DNA of 64,000 nucleotides from Eledone cirrhosa (lineage: Eukaryota). Below are positions 1-13,549 of the stretch, one piece after another. Numbering within the stretch: the first letter of the stretch is position 1; the number at the start of each line of letters is the position of its first letter. The stretch lies in assembly GCA_964016885.1 (NCBI GenBank), contig OZ024742.1, forward strand, positions 84,754,001 through 84,818,000, given 5' to 3'. Under the pieces are notes generated by a model that was given only the letters and a program-made list of their open reading frames with translations, ran no database searches and was not told the DNA's origin. The position numbers and the translations under genes were made by a program.

Positions 1-3000
1 TGGACGAGTGCGTGCAGGACGGTTTCGTCACCCTGCGCGCATCTCGGACATGACCGGCTGACGACACCTCCATTCCTGTAAAGTTTATCCCGAATAGATT
101 GGCTAGTTGATTTTCATCGACGCCTAGTGTTTCCCCAAGTACGTCGTCGCTCTTCCCCTCCACCAATCCTCTATAGAATGCCAAGGTTGAGATTCCACCG
201 ATCACATTGCTCGATTGGTCGAGGGCTGTGAGCGCCTTAAGACATTCCAGTCTCCAAGCGCTCCCTCTCGGTCTTCGCTTGACCCAGGACTGCAGCTCCG
301 TCAAGGAGAACGGCTGGGGAAAGACGAGTCTAGCAAACGGCGGCCACAACTGATCACCGTCGAGGAAGAGGTTGAGATGTCGTAGCCTGAGTGCGTGTCT
401 GCGCATCATCAGCCACGGCATGCCCAGCCCTCCACATAGTGGGTGTTGACAGCAGATGGACCGCCTAACCATCGGAGCCCGTCTCTTCCACAAAAAGCGA
501 AAGAGCAAACGGTCCAGCGCAGTCAGGCGGGGCTTAGGATAAGGTCTGACAACGGTCAGGCGGTAGTTGATGACGGACGCGATGTACGCGTTAGCCACCT
601 CCGCTCGACCTTTCAGTGATAGCTTCCTCTCCACCCATTTCTGGTTGAGAGAAGTCACGCTGCTCGTCACCTTGTCCCAGTTTTTGTCCCTCTTGACATC
701 CGGACCGAACCAGACCACTAGCAATTTAACCGGTCCGTCCGTCCAGCGCCCGACGACGCTGTTGGACGGCATGGACCTGCCTCTCCAGGTGCCGAGCTGC
801 AGGCCCACTGACTTATCCTGGTTGATCATTGCTCCTGTCACCGCTTCGTATTCTCTTAGTGTAGTGCCGATCGCCTCGATGTGTTTGGCGTTCGACACCA
901 CTACTGTGACATCGTCCGCATATGCTGACACGGATCTTCCGCATCTTAGTTCGCTCGGGACCCCCTTCAACGTCTCCAGTTTGTGTCGTAATGGCTCCAG
1001 AGTCAATACGTACAAGAGGGACGAGAGGGGACATCCTTGGCGGGCCGAGCGCATGATGTTGAACGGTTCCGAAAGGTGACCCCTCACTTTCACCACAGAT
1101 CAGATGTCGCTGTGGATGGCAGATATCCAGCCTCTGAATACGGGCCCAAAGCCAGCCGCCCTCAGGACTGCCGCTAGGTAACGATGGTCGACCCTATCGA
1201 AAGCTTTCGACTGATCTAAATTGATCAAGGACCCACCCGTGCTAGGTGCCGTAGCTACCCTCTGTACGATGTATCGCATGAGGTGGAGGTTGTCGTGGAT
1301 GGATCTGCACCTCTCCCACCAAGCCGCCAACGACAAGCGCCAACCTCTTTGCTAGCCCCTTGGCCAATATCTTGAACTCTGTGTTTAGCAGAGTTATGGG
1401 GCCGAAATTATCTATGTTATCCACCTTTTTCGGAACCTTCCCTCAGCAGCGCCACCGCTCCTCGGCTCACAGAGCTGGGAATTCTACCGTTCTGTTGCCA
1501 GTTGCAGTAGACGTCTGCCAAGAGGCCTCCGAACAAGTCTGGCATTTGTACGTAAAGTTCATAGAGCTGATACATCCAAACCAGGCGATTTACCCCTTGT
1601 GCAGCCAGTCATTCCCTCCCGTACTTCAGCGGCTATTATCGGCTTTTCGCAACACTCCGCCTCAGTGGCCGAGAGCCGCGGCAGTCCGTCGAGGTAGACA
1701 CTAAAATCCATCCCTCGATCCGGCCCGCCGCTGCCCCCTAACAGCTGGGCAAAGTGTCGTTGAAAAGCTTCACATTTTCTCGGGATCGAATAGCATGCGC
1801 CCGTCGGGGTCCACCAAAGACCGGATCGTGTCTTTGTTGCCACGACGCGCCTCCACCACTCGGGCCCATTGAACGGCTTTCGTCCCCTCGTGTCTGAGAC
1901 CACGCACCCTAGCCCTGACAAAGCAGCGTTCGTGCTTTGCATTGAAGAATTGGTCAAGGACCAATTTCGCCGCAAGTACCCCGGTCGCGATGCCTTTGCT
2001 AAGCGACTCGTCTAATTTTCTTACTAGTTGTCCCTCTGCTCTATTTTTCTCTATAGCTAAAGCCTTACTAAACCTAATGGACTCTATTCTAATCGCTCTT
2101 TTCAGAGCAAACCACCACTTGTCGTTGACGATGGCCCCTGTCAAAGCCCGCTTAACTAGTTCGGTATTCCTGTCTCTGTAGTCCTTGCGCGCTGGTAAGG
2201 ACGCGTTTAGCTTCCAGTAGCCGGGTCTTCGTCTATGAAGCCTATCTAATTTAAGCACACAGATCACGAATTTGTGGTCTGTGTAGCTGACTATCTTGAA
2301 TTGTGGACAGCCTATGCTAGACCTATCTATTTCCCTACAAAATACTCTATCTAGATATGATCTGGATGACCCTATGCGGTTTGTCCAAGTCCAGATTGGC
2401 ACATTCGGGAAATCTAATCGGTAGTTGTCAGACAGTTCAAAACGCCTGAGCATGTTGGTGAGACTCTTGCACCCGCCTCCCCTATCCGCTAATCCCACAC
2501 AGTCCCAGCGTGCATCTAAGATCCCGTTCCAGTCGCCCACTAACTCTAAAGAGCGGGTCGTTCCAAGGAAGGTCTCCAGACGCCGGAAGAAATCTAGCCG
2601 CCCTGCTCCTGTCGGGGCATAGACCACCACTAGCCTGAAAGCTTTCCCTTCACCGCTGGTCACGTCCAGCACGACCAACTTACCTTCTGGGTCCAGGAAG
2701 ATTGCCCATATGGCGAGATCCAAATCTCTCCGATAAAGCACAGCAACTCCTCGCCCCGATCCAGCACGGCTGGGAGATGCGTACACATCGTAGCCGCCTA
2801 AGATCTGTGCGAAGGCCCGCGCTTCGGAGATTCTGGTCTCGCTGATAGCCACTACATCTATGTTTAGTGATCTGAGGTCGTTGAACAGGTAGGTGGGCCT
2901 GCTTCCATGCCGACCCCAAGCCACGCGCATTTATGCTGCCTATTCTGAGTGAGGTCATCCGGAAGGATGTCCTTATAAATCCCCCTGGAGAGTGCTTGTC

Positions 3001-3485
3001 GGACTTCTCCGATGCTTTTGCGAAATGTTTGTTTTAGTGTCGTGTACGTTTTCTGTGTGATGCGAGTAATTTGTATGTGTGGAGGGGGTGTGACCTTTTG
3101 GTGTGTTGTGTAGTCTTCTTCTGTGATGCTGGTGTTTTGTTGGATGTAGTGTAATAATAGTTTGTTTTTCAAATTTAATGCTGTGTAGTGTGTATCGTTT
3201 TGGCTGTTTTGTTTTGTTGTGGGTTTGTTGTGGGTCTGTTTCTGTTTCGCTTTTTAATGACTTTTGTGGCGTTGATGATGGTGGCGTTGGGGTTAATGAT
3301 GAAGTTGGTGTTGGTGTTTGTGGTGATGGGGTTGGTGCTGCTGGTGTGGATGGTGGCATAGCTGTCCTAACATTTTTGTTTGATAGTTTATTTGTTTCCC
3401 TCTGTATTTTGTTTTTGGAGGGGGAAGTGGATTTTTTCTTTTTTGTCTTCTTTTTCTTTTTTTCTTTTTTTTCTTTTTTTGTTTA
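1..3485 (-). mobile_element. L1/Tx1-clade LINE, decayed copy 1 (ORF1 C-terminus plus frameshifted ORF2: APE endonuclease, RT, C-terminal C2HC region); 5'-truncated, 3' end runs off the window
   Basis: ORF fragments MTSLRIGSINARGL (APE start, 2958), VAISETR, LVGDWNGILD, SYLDRVF, TDHKFV, GYWKLN; RT motifs KSPGLD, PITLLNTEFKILAK, LDQSAKAFDRVDH-type LDQSKAFDRVDH, AYADDV; CPRCAQGDETVLHALVQ at 1-55. Closely similar to 18355-23663. Confidence 0.93.
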
Positions 3486-4250
3486 GATGACAATATGTCT
3501 GCTGTAGAAAATATAAGCCACGTCGCAGATAATACACCTCTAATTATCTAGAAAATATATTTGAAAGATCAGTTCGGAATGATATATCTTCTGCAGGTGT
3601 TGATTTACCGAGAGAATTGAATAGGAATGATGAATGCTGCATATATTTGGTTTAGAGGAAGTCATAACTATACATGTAGTAAATACCATACATTTCTAAT
3701 ATATTTTTCCAACCTTTCTGTCTACTGACCTGCTGTATTTACTTGCAGGTTATATATCTGGTTTATCTACATTTTCACACAGGTCAAATAGCTTAAATAT
3801 GTTGATTGCATGATTTTGGCATCACATTATTAATTACAGACGAATAGATATAATAGAAAATAAACGTTGAAATGTAATTCATTAAAATATTATTAAGTTA
3901 AATAAAAATAAAAGAACAGACCCAACAAATACGATAAAATGAAATAGGATAAACCAGTTATATAAAGTAAATATATTTTGTCATTGAAGTTTTAATTTTC
4001 TAAACCACAACCGCATGATGTTCTAACTAATCATATATACGTAAATATTTGTATGTCTTTCCGTGTTAATGGTATGAAGAGATATAATGAAAATTATCTA
4101 TACACACAACGAACATTAGTTGCTTGAATTGAATTGAATTTTTAATATATTCTTATAATAGTATATATGCAGATATGGTGGTAGGTAAAACTGGTGATGA
4201 GATGACGTGTGTCAAGCCGGCACCATTAGGAAACCATTAGAAATTAAGGA

Positions 4251-4286
<36 letters not shown>

Positions 4287-4291
<5 letters not shown>

Positions 4292-4966
4292 TAGTATATT
4301 TACCAACATATGCGTACAGATGTACACTAATGCTAGCAAATACCCCATTACAGAAACTAATTAGTTGGAGTGAAAATTTTAGTAAGTAAGTTAATTTTTA
4401 ATTTTTAAAATTTTCTTATTTTACGTCTTTCATATAATTGTTCTGCATCCCCCTGCATAGAACCAACTAGGTACTATGACATAACTTATATATTTGCTAG
4501 CATTAGTGTACATCTGTACGCATATGTTGGTAAATATACTAATTCTCTATATTTATCTCCAAATTATTTATTTGTTGAGCAAACTTACCAAATCCACTGC
4601 TAATTCATCGTAGTGGTAGTAGGCTCTTGTCATAATACCACCCCACTCCTACTGACTAGCCTCAGTGTCACGTTGATTGATTCTTTAGAATCTGCCACTT
4701 GACCAGATACAGTGAACTTTTTCAGTGCTATGGAATTCAGTCCCCGCTAGCTGTTCCATCCACCGAATTATTATTTTTATATGAGTTCCTAGTGTCCGCG
4801 CATTGCCTGGGGACTTAGCTGAGAATACACTCCCTGATGACGTAATGAATTCTCGATAGTTACATTGCGTAACTATATTTATCCCATTACAGAAACTAAC
4901 TAGTTGGATTGAAAACTTTAGTAAGTAAGTAAATTTTTAATTTTTAAAATTTTCTTATTTTACGTC

Positions 4967-4975
<9 letters not shown>
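4287..4975 (+). mobile_element. ORF-less hammerhead-bearing element with 5' inversion and terminal redundancy, between (TA)n tracts (Penelope-derived or retrozyme-like)
   Basis: Perfect 56-bp inverted repeat 4287-4342/4491-4546; direct repeat of about 92 bp at 4344-4436/4883-4975; hammerhead core at 4834-4905; (TA)n on both sides. Confidence 0.7.
4828..4911 (+). ncRNA. type I hammerhead ribozyme motif
   Basis: CACUCC-CUGAUGA-C-GUAAUG...CAUUAC-A-GAAA-CUAACUAG-UU-GGAUUG. The upstream duplicate (4353-4372) has palindromic ACUAAUUAGU and GGAGUG, which pairs perfectly with CACUCC. Confidence 0.75.
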
Positions 4976-5026
<51 letters not shown>

Positions 5027-6908
5027 TTGTATGTGTGTGTGTGGATTTGTGTGCGCGTTTATTCGTGTGTGTGATTCAAGCCCGGGTTCAATCGGGGTAA
5101 CCACAGTAAGTAAGATACTCAATAGAGTGTAAAAATCAAGTTTAATATAGAAATGGCCTCTACAGGACTAGAGTTGTTTCATTCAAAAGAAATCTTGTTC
5201 ACACCTTGAATTTACTCGGCTAATGTTTGGCCAGATGACCTTCCTCTTTTTAGAGAAATCACCTGATAACACAGGAGAATTTACTACTACGGTATAATGT
5301 TCCCTATCTCATCCAGAATAAGATACTTTGGAAAATATTGAACGAACACCTGTGCTATAGCTAGGCGCACTTACGACTTGTATATACATTGTGCAACTCG
5401 ATGTGCACCTTCCCGTATTCCCAGAAACCTATCGAAATTTTTTATCGGTTTCTGTTCTTCATGGTTGCTGAATCTGATAGAAAATTGCAACGATATCACA
5501 CTCTAAATTTAATCTTGCATATAACCTTAAATGTCAGGGTATTCCTGGTATCTAATAAAAACGTACTCCAGCCATGCATCTGCTTGAACCTGATTCCAGT
5601 TTCGATTTCATTTCGTATATTATTGCATATGTGTTAAGGAAAGTATTTAAGGTGATGTATATTTATACATATATATCGAGGAACTATACATTTTTCCAGT
5701 TAAGGCAGGAATTAGACAGTTTAAGCAAATTCAATGACAATCTAAACAAATATTTGAATATTTCTCATGGAAGAGTATGTTAGAATGCTTAATTTAGAAT
5801 TAAATTTATTTTGAATTATTTGTTATAATGTTCAACATATTTAATTAAAGTAAGTCTTTTTCTTATTTCTGATATGTTTCCTTCGATTCAAAAATACTTT
5901 CTGAAATAGCTTGAAGAATAACATTTTTTGGAAGAAATAATCTTTCTATAAGTTATTTAAATTATTGATTTCTAACGTTGAGACAAGATTATATATTTCT
6001 CGAGAGAATCTACCTCAATATTTCACTGATGTTTTATGTTATCGACTTTGAAATTATGTGAAGTCACGTGGAACATGGTAGTGTTTGTGAAGACAATCTT
6101 TCAGATACAATGATACACACATTATTTCAATGACATACACTTGCAATTCTAAATGTTCACTTATTACCCATTCTTTTCTCTAGAACGTTCATTACATGTT
6201 TTAAGCACCGCTTTTTGTCATTTGGCTTTGTTTATTGTTGATGTGCTACATTCACACTCCAAACTGAATACTTGAATATTTTATAGGCTCAATTCTGAAG
6301 CGCCCTGTCACGTTACTGTGTGTAAACTCTTGCTGTTTTATGATAAATAATTCATAGTTTGTTGAATATATCGTCACTTTCGTATTGAATAACTTTCTTC
6401 CTTCTGATGTGCGGGTACACTCTTTTCGCATGTTCTACATTGACTCACTTGCATACATTCTTTGTAAGATTAATTATTCATCGGAGACCATCTAACATCA
6501 ACAGGTTACTATTTAGTGATCATGTACAAATTCTGTTTCATGTAAAATATATTAGGTGTAATATAAACATATTTCAATTAAATTCTATGTGTGCTATTAC
6601 GACGCAGGGTAAGAATAATATATACAAGCACACATACATACAGATGCATAAAAATACACATCCAAACAAACACAAACATAGGCACACACAGAGATACACA
6701 TACATAGACAGACACATACACACACACACGCGCGCACACACATACACACACACATGTATATATATATATAATGAAAACATTATACATCTCGTATGTATTT
6801 TGTCAGAAGGGGACATGTCTTGGTTTATGTTACACATAAAACTTTGCATTTTAGAAATATATATAATAAAATAAATAGAGATGATATAAAGAATATATCT
6901 TTCGTTTA

Positions 6909-7062
<154 letters not shown>

Positions 7063-9887
7063 CCTTGAATCTCAGTCATTGATGTTGGTTAACTGGAAAG
7101 TCCGTTGGAATGAATATCAAGCCAATACCTGCAGCCTCAGATATTCAGGACGTATCGGAGGGTTCTTGCTGTTCCAAGCAAGCATGCCTTTTGAAGCGTT
7201 CCAAAAAGCGTGAAGGGGCCGATTTTCTTTAACCATCCCTGGAAACTTTTGGAGATAGTCCCCAGTGCGCCTATGACAATCGGGATCACTTTGACTTCAT
7301 GGCAGTTCCAAATCCTTTTAACCTCCCACTTTAGGTCCTGGTATCGGTTAATTTTCTCCCTCTCCTTCTCTTGCACTCTCGTGTCGAAAGGGCAGGCCAC
7401 ATCCACAATCAGACACGATATTTTTTCTTTGTCCACAAGCACCAGGTCAGGTCTATTGTGTTCCAGTTTTTTGTCCGTCTGTATCCTAAAATCCCACAGC
7501 ACCTTCACATGATTGTTCTCCATCACCGCCTCTGGCCTATGCTCATACCATTTCTCAGAATGTGGTAAATTGTTTACTTTGCACAGGTGCCAGTGGATCA
7601 CCCTGCCCATCACATCGTGTCTCCAGCCCTTATAGTGGGTCTGGGCTAGGTGTTTACACTCGGACACAATGTGAGCCACAGTCTCCTCTCTCTCCCCACA
7701 GATCCTGCACAGTGGGCTAGCCTCCTCCTTGTAAATATGGTGCTTCAACCACTTTGTTTTGAGGGCCTGCTCCTGCGCAGCCATTAGCATTCCTTCTGTA
7801 GCCTTTTTGATGTCTCCTCTTCTCAACCAGTTCCATGTCTGTGGATCTCTAAATTCAGTTTTCTCAAAGAAGGTACTATGAAAGGATTTTCCCTTAAGGC
7901 TGCTCTTCCTCCTTGATGTTATTTCCTCCTTGGACATCCCCTGGCCTACTGTCCCCTCCTTCAGTACAGTTCTGAGCATTGGCTCCTTACTATAGGTCAC
8001 GTATTTGTATAGGTTGTTTTTCTCCATCTGAACACAGTCCTCTATGCTGATAAGACCTCTTCCACCCTCAGATCTCCTTAGGTAGAGTCTATCGACATCA
8101 CTCCTCTTGTGGAACATGTTGTAGATAGTCAATAGCTTCCTAGTCTTCCTATCCATTTCTTTTTGTTCAGCAACATTCCATCTCAGAATTCCCGCACTGT
8201 ACCTAATAATAGACACAGCTCGGGAATTTACTGCGCTTATGGCATTTCTGCTGTTCAGATGTGACTTCAATACGCTCCTTACTCTCCGAATGTATTCAGT
8301 TCTTAACAATTCCTTCATTTTTTTGTTCTTTATGCCATCAGCCTCCAGAACGCCCAAATACTTGTATCCTTCCTCAGAGTCAATTTCCTTTATCATCTCA
8401 CCTGTTGGTATCTGGATCCCGTTACTTCTGCTCAACCTACCCTCCTCATCACAATGACTCCACATTTACTAATACCAAACTGCATACATATATTACTGCT
8501 GAAAATACGGACAGTGTCAACAAGCACATCCAACTCCTTCTCACTTTTCCCGAAGAGCTTAAGATCGTCCATGAAGAGGAGGTGATTGATGGTAAACTCT
8601 CCCTTTCCCAACCCGTATCCTGCTCTAACTTTTCGCAGCATAATGGTCAAGGGCATCAGGGCAAGGACAAACAACAGAGGGGACATGCTATCTCCCTGGA
8701 AGATACCTCTCTTGATTTTCACGCTTCCCAAGAATACTCCAGTTGATGTCAACTCTGTCTGCCAGGACCCCATACTCCTGCCCAGCAACTGTCTGATGTT
8801 ATCTGCCACCCTGAAGATCTCCAGGCTTTTGGTGATCGAAGAATGTGGCACCATGTCAAATGCCTTTCTGTAGTCTATCCATCCCATGGCAAGATCAGTG
8901 TGTCTCCTCCTGCAATTCCCCATTACCATCTTATCAATAAGTAACTGGTCCTTTGTACCACGTGACTTCTTTCGGCATCCTTTCTGTTCGTCCGGTAACA
9001 AGTTGTTTGTGTGGAGGTGATGGTAGATTTCCTCAGACACAATGCTCGTCAACAGTTTCCACATTACGGACAGACATGTGATAGGTCTATAGTTGGTAAC
9101 ATCATTACCCTTGATTCGGTCTTTCATTATCAGAACTGTGGTACCTTTTGTCAACCACTCTGGCACCTCACCCGACACCAAGCAGTCATTGAACATGACC
9201 GTCAGCTTCGGGTGGAGGGATGTTAAATTTTTAATCCAATACCCCTGCACACCATCTGGGCCTGGCGATTTCCAGTTGGTTAGTTTTTTTGCCTGCCCCT
9301 TAAGAGTTTCAACTGTGATACTCAAATCAGTTTGTTGGTGTGCCTGCTCACCGATCTCCCTCTGTACTGTCTCAATCCACCCTGCCTGGACATTATGTCT
9401 AACATCCTGCTCCCATATTCCTCTCCAGAATGTTTTAGTTTGCTCCGCCCCAGGGATCAAGGCGTTGCCTCTTTCTTTCCCCTCAAGCTCTCCAAACAGC
9501 ATCTTCTGGTTGTTGTCGAACATGCGGTTCTGTTTATACTGACTGACTCTGTTCTCGTATCGCCTGATTTTTGCACTTTTTGCTACAATGCGTTGCTTCA
9601 GTTCCTCTATGATAATATTTAGCTTTTTCCTCCTAGTTTTGTACTTTGTTTCCAGTCTATTTTAGTGCCTATGTTTTTTAGTGTCCCATTCAGTAGTCAC
9701 TCAAGCTTTCCTATGTCATTTCTCATTTCCCCGATTTGACCACTCAGTCGTTTCTTCCACCACGGCTCTGCTCTTTCTTGTCTGTTGTTTCCTCTCGCTT
9801 TTATACCAAGTAGTTTCCTCACCGTATTTGCTGTTGCTTTGAGGATATTGTTGCACTGGTGAAGGCTCGTCGCCTCAAGGTATGGGA

Positions 9888-9890
<3 letters not shown>
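7063..9890 (-). mobile_element. R4/Dong-like non-LTR retrotransposon (RT + CCHC + restriction-like endonuclease), family A copy 1, 5'-truncated, frameshifted near 8440
   Basis: ORFs 8432-9523 and 7137-8465: KSPGPDG, NYRPITCL, WIDYRKAFDMVPH, GIFQGDSMSPLLF, HLLFMDDLKLF, YKYLGV, EGGRGL, CRICGEREETVAHIVSEC, RHD, NRPDLV..D..P..EKINRY; flanked by (TAT)n. Confidence 0.93.
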
Positions 9891-9942
<52 letters not shown>

Positions 9943-9954
9943 GTTATTATTATT

Positions 9955-12900
9955 CCTTGAATCTCAGTCATTGATGTTAGTTAACTGGAAAGTCCATTGG
10001 AATGAATATCAAGCCACTACCTGCAGCGTCAGATATTCAGGACGTATCGGAGGGTTCTTGCTGTTCCCAGCAAGCATGCCTTTTGAAGCGTTCCAAAAAG
10101 CGTGAAGGGGCCGATTTTCTTTAACCATCCCTGGAAACTTTTGGAGATAGTCCGCAGTGCGCCCATGACAATCGGGATCACTTTGACTTCATGGCAGTTC
10201 CAAATCCTTTTTACCTCCCACTTTAAGTCCTGGTATCGGTTAATTTTCTCCCTCTCCTTTTCTTGCACTCTTGTGCCGAATGGGCAGGCCACATCCACAA
10301 TCGGGCACGACCTTTTTTCTTTGTCCACAACCACCAGGTCAGGTCTATTGTGTTCCAGTTTCTTGTCCGTCCGTATCCTAAAATCCCACAGCACCTTCAC
10401 CTGATCGTTCTCTATCACCGCCCCTGGCTTATGCTCATACCATTTCTCAGAATGTGGTAAATTGTTTACTTTGCACAGGCACCCTGCCCATCACATCATG
10501 TCTCCAGCCCTTATAGTGGGTCTGGGCTAGGTGTTTACACTCGGATACAATGTGAGCCACAGTCTCCTCTCTCTCTCTCCACAGATCCTGCACAGTGGGC
10601 TAGCCTCCTCCTTGTAGATATGGTGTTTCAACCACTTCGTTTTGAGGGCCTGCTCCTGCGCAGCCATTAACATTCCTTCTGTAGCCTTTTTAAGGTCTCC
10701 TCTTTTCAACCAGTTCCATGTCTGTAGATCTCTAAATTCAGTTTTCTCAAAGAAGGTACTATGAAGGGATTTTTCCTGAAGGCTGCTCTTTCTCCTTGAT
10801 GTTATTTCCTCCTAGGACATCCCCTGGCCTATTGTCCCCTCCTTCAGTACAGTTCTGAGCATTGGCTCCTTACTATCAGTCACGTATTTGTGTAGGTTGT
10901 TTTTCTCCATCTGAACACAGTCCTCTATGCTGATAAGACCTCTTCCACCCTCAGATCTCCATAAGTAGAGTCTATCGTATCACTCCTCTTGTGGAACATG
11001 TTGTAGATAGTCAATAGCTTCCTAGTCTTCCTATCCATTTCTTTTTGTTCAGCAACATTCCATCTCAGAATTCCTGCACTGTACCTAATAATAGACACAG
11101 CTCGGGAATTTACTGCGCTTATGGCATTTCTGCTGTTCAGATGTGATTTCAATACGCTCCTTATTCTCCGAATGTATTCAGTTCTTAACAATTCCTTCAT
11201 TTTTTTGTTCTTTATGCCATCAGCCTCCAGAACGCCCAAATACTTGTATCCTTCCTCAGAGTCAATTTCCTTTATCATCTCACCTGTTGGTATCTGGATC
11301 CCGTTACTTCTGCTCAACCTACCCCACCTCATCACAATGACTCCACACTTACTAATACCAAATTGCATACATATATCACTGCTGAAAATACGGACAGTGT
11401 GAACAAGCACATCCAACTCCTTCTCACTCTTCCCGAAGAGCTTAAGATCGTCCATGAAGAGGAGGTGATTGATGGTAAGCCCTCCCTTTACCAACCCGTA
11501 TCCTGCTCTCACTTTTCGCAGTACACTGGTCAAGGGCATCAGGGCAAGGACAAACAACAGAGGGGACAGACTATCTCTCTGGAAGATACCTCTCTTGATC
11601 TTCACGCTTCCCAAGGATTCTCCAGTTGATGTCAACTCTGTTTCCCAGGACCTCATACTTTTGCCCAACAACTGTCTGATGTTATCTGCCACCTTGAGGA
11701 TCTCCAGTCTTTTGGTGATCCTAGAATGAGGCACCATGTCAAATGCCTTTCTGTAGTCTATCCATCCCATGGCAAGATCAGTGTGTCTCCTCCTGCAATT
11801 CCCCATTACCATCTTATCAATAAGTAACTGGTCCTTTGTACCACGTGACTTCTTTCGGTATCCTTTCTGTTCGTCCGGTAACAAGTTGTTTGTGTGGAGG
11901 TGATGGTAGAATTCATCAGACACAATGCTCGTCAACAGTTTCCACATTACGGACAGACATGTGATAGGTCTATAGTTGGTAACCTCACTACCCTTGATTC
12001 GGTCTTTCATTATCAGAACTGTGGTACCTTTTGTCAACCACTCTGGCACCTCACCTGACATCAAGCAGTCATTGAACATGGTTGTCAGTTTCGGGTGGAG
12101 GGATGTTATATTTTTAATCCAATACCCCTGCACACCATCTGGGCCTGGTGATTTCCAGTTGGTTAGTTTTTTTGCCTGCCCCTTAAGAGTTTCAACTGTG
12201 ATACTCAAATCAGTTTGTTGGTGTGCCTGTTCACTGATCTCCTTCTGTACTGTCTCAATCCACACTGCCTGGTCATTATGTTTAACATCCTGCTCCCATA
12301 TTCCTCTCCAGAATGTTTTAGTTTGTTCCGCCTCAGGGATCAAGTCGTTGCCTCTTTCTTTCCCTTCAAGCTGTCCAAACAGCATCTTCTGGTTTTTGAC
12401 GAACATGCGGTTCTGTTTATACTGACTGACTCTGTTCTGGTATCACCTGATTTTTGCACTCTTTGCTACAATGCGTTGCTTCAGTTCCTCTATGATAATA
12501 TTTAGCTTTTTCCTCCTAGTTTTGTACTTTATTTCCAGTCTATTTTTAGTGTCTATTTTTTTAGTGTCCCATTCAGTAGGGACTCAAGCTTTCTAATGTC
12601 ATTTCTCATTTCCCTGATTTGACCACTCAGTCGTTTCTTCCACCAAGGCTCTGCTCTTTCCTGTCTGTTGTTTCCTCTCGCTTTTATACCAAGTAGTTCC
12701 TCACCGTATTTGCTGTTGCTTTGAGGATATTGTTGCACTGGTGAAGGCTCCTCGCCTCAAGGTATGGAATGACTTTGTTTACCTTAGCTGTTGTTTCTTT
12801 TAACTTTTTCCTGTCTACAAATCTTAGATTCATAGGTCTCCCACTATCATTGTTCAATTCATCTACCACTAAATTTAGGATATCAACCAAATCTTGTCCT

Positions 12901-13545
12901 AGCCCGTCAACATTCATCTCCTCAGTGGCCGTATCTCTGTTCCAGGTATTATTTATCTCAGTATTCAGATCATTGTGTGCTTCGGGTGGTTCCTCCGTTC
13001 TCTCGACCTCTTCACCTTCATTTCCCACTGGCTCGTTTGCCTGGCATACTCCACCCTCCATCTCCAAGCCAATCTCTCTGCCCAGTTCCTCCAGTTCCAG
13101 CTCGCTTATCCACCCATTAGTTCTTATTACCCGAGCCTGCCCGGCCAATTTTTGTTCATCTAATTTAAATAGACCAATCTCGTTCCAGATGTTATGCATC
13201 CGTTTCCTATAGCCCCTCTCCTTGGGGTTACTTTTCAGGTAACATGCATAACAGTTCTATTCAATTATTTCGTCCAGTTGGTTCTGGTCCCTTTCCTTCT
13301 TCTTCTTCCTCCAACACCAGCAGTATTTGGTTGACAGCCAGGTCCCTGCTGCTGAGCCAGGGAGCACCTGTTGGGTGATAGTCTGTCACATGACGTTCTA
13401 GTCTCCATTTCACCGTTATTCGAACTGTTTATGTTCGACATTTAAACACTCTTATCGAGGATTGGCGAATGTATGGTTACATAACCACTGGTGGATTCAC
13501 CGCCTCCGGTGGTTGCGTCACTCCACGTGGTTCTTGTGTGGCATT
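9955..13545 (-). mobile_element. R4/Dong-like retrotransposon, family A copy 2, near full length, several frameshifts
   Basis: ORF fragments 12684-13199, 12553-12738, 10925-12406 (RT), 10527-10709 and 10029-10418 (RLE); probable ATG near 13441; 3' UTR nearly identical to copy 1; (TAT)n at 9891-9954. Confidence 0.93.
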
Positions 13546-13549
13546 ATCA

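Noticed and set aside
567-1079. Plus-strand 170-aa ORF and similar antisense ORFs over the LINEs
   Set aside because: Shadow frames opposite retrotransposon coding sequence.
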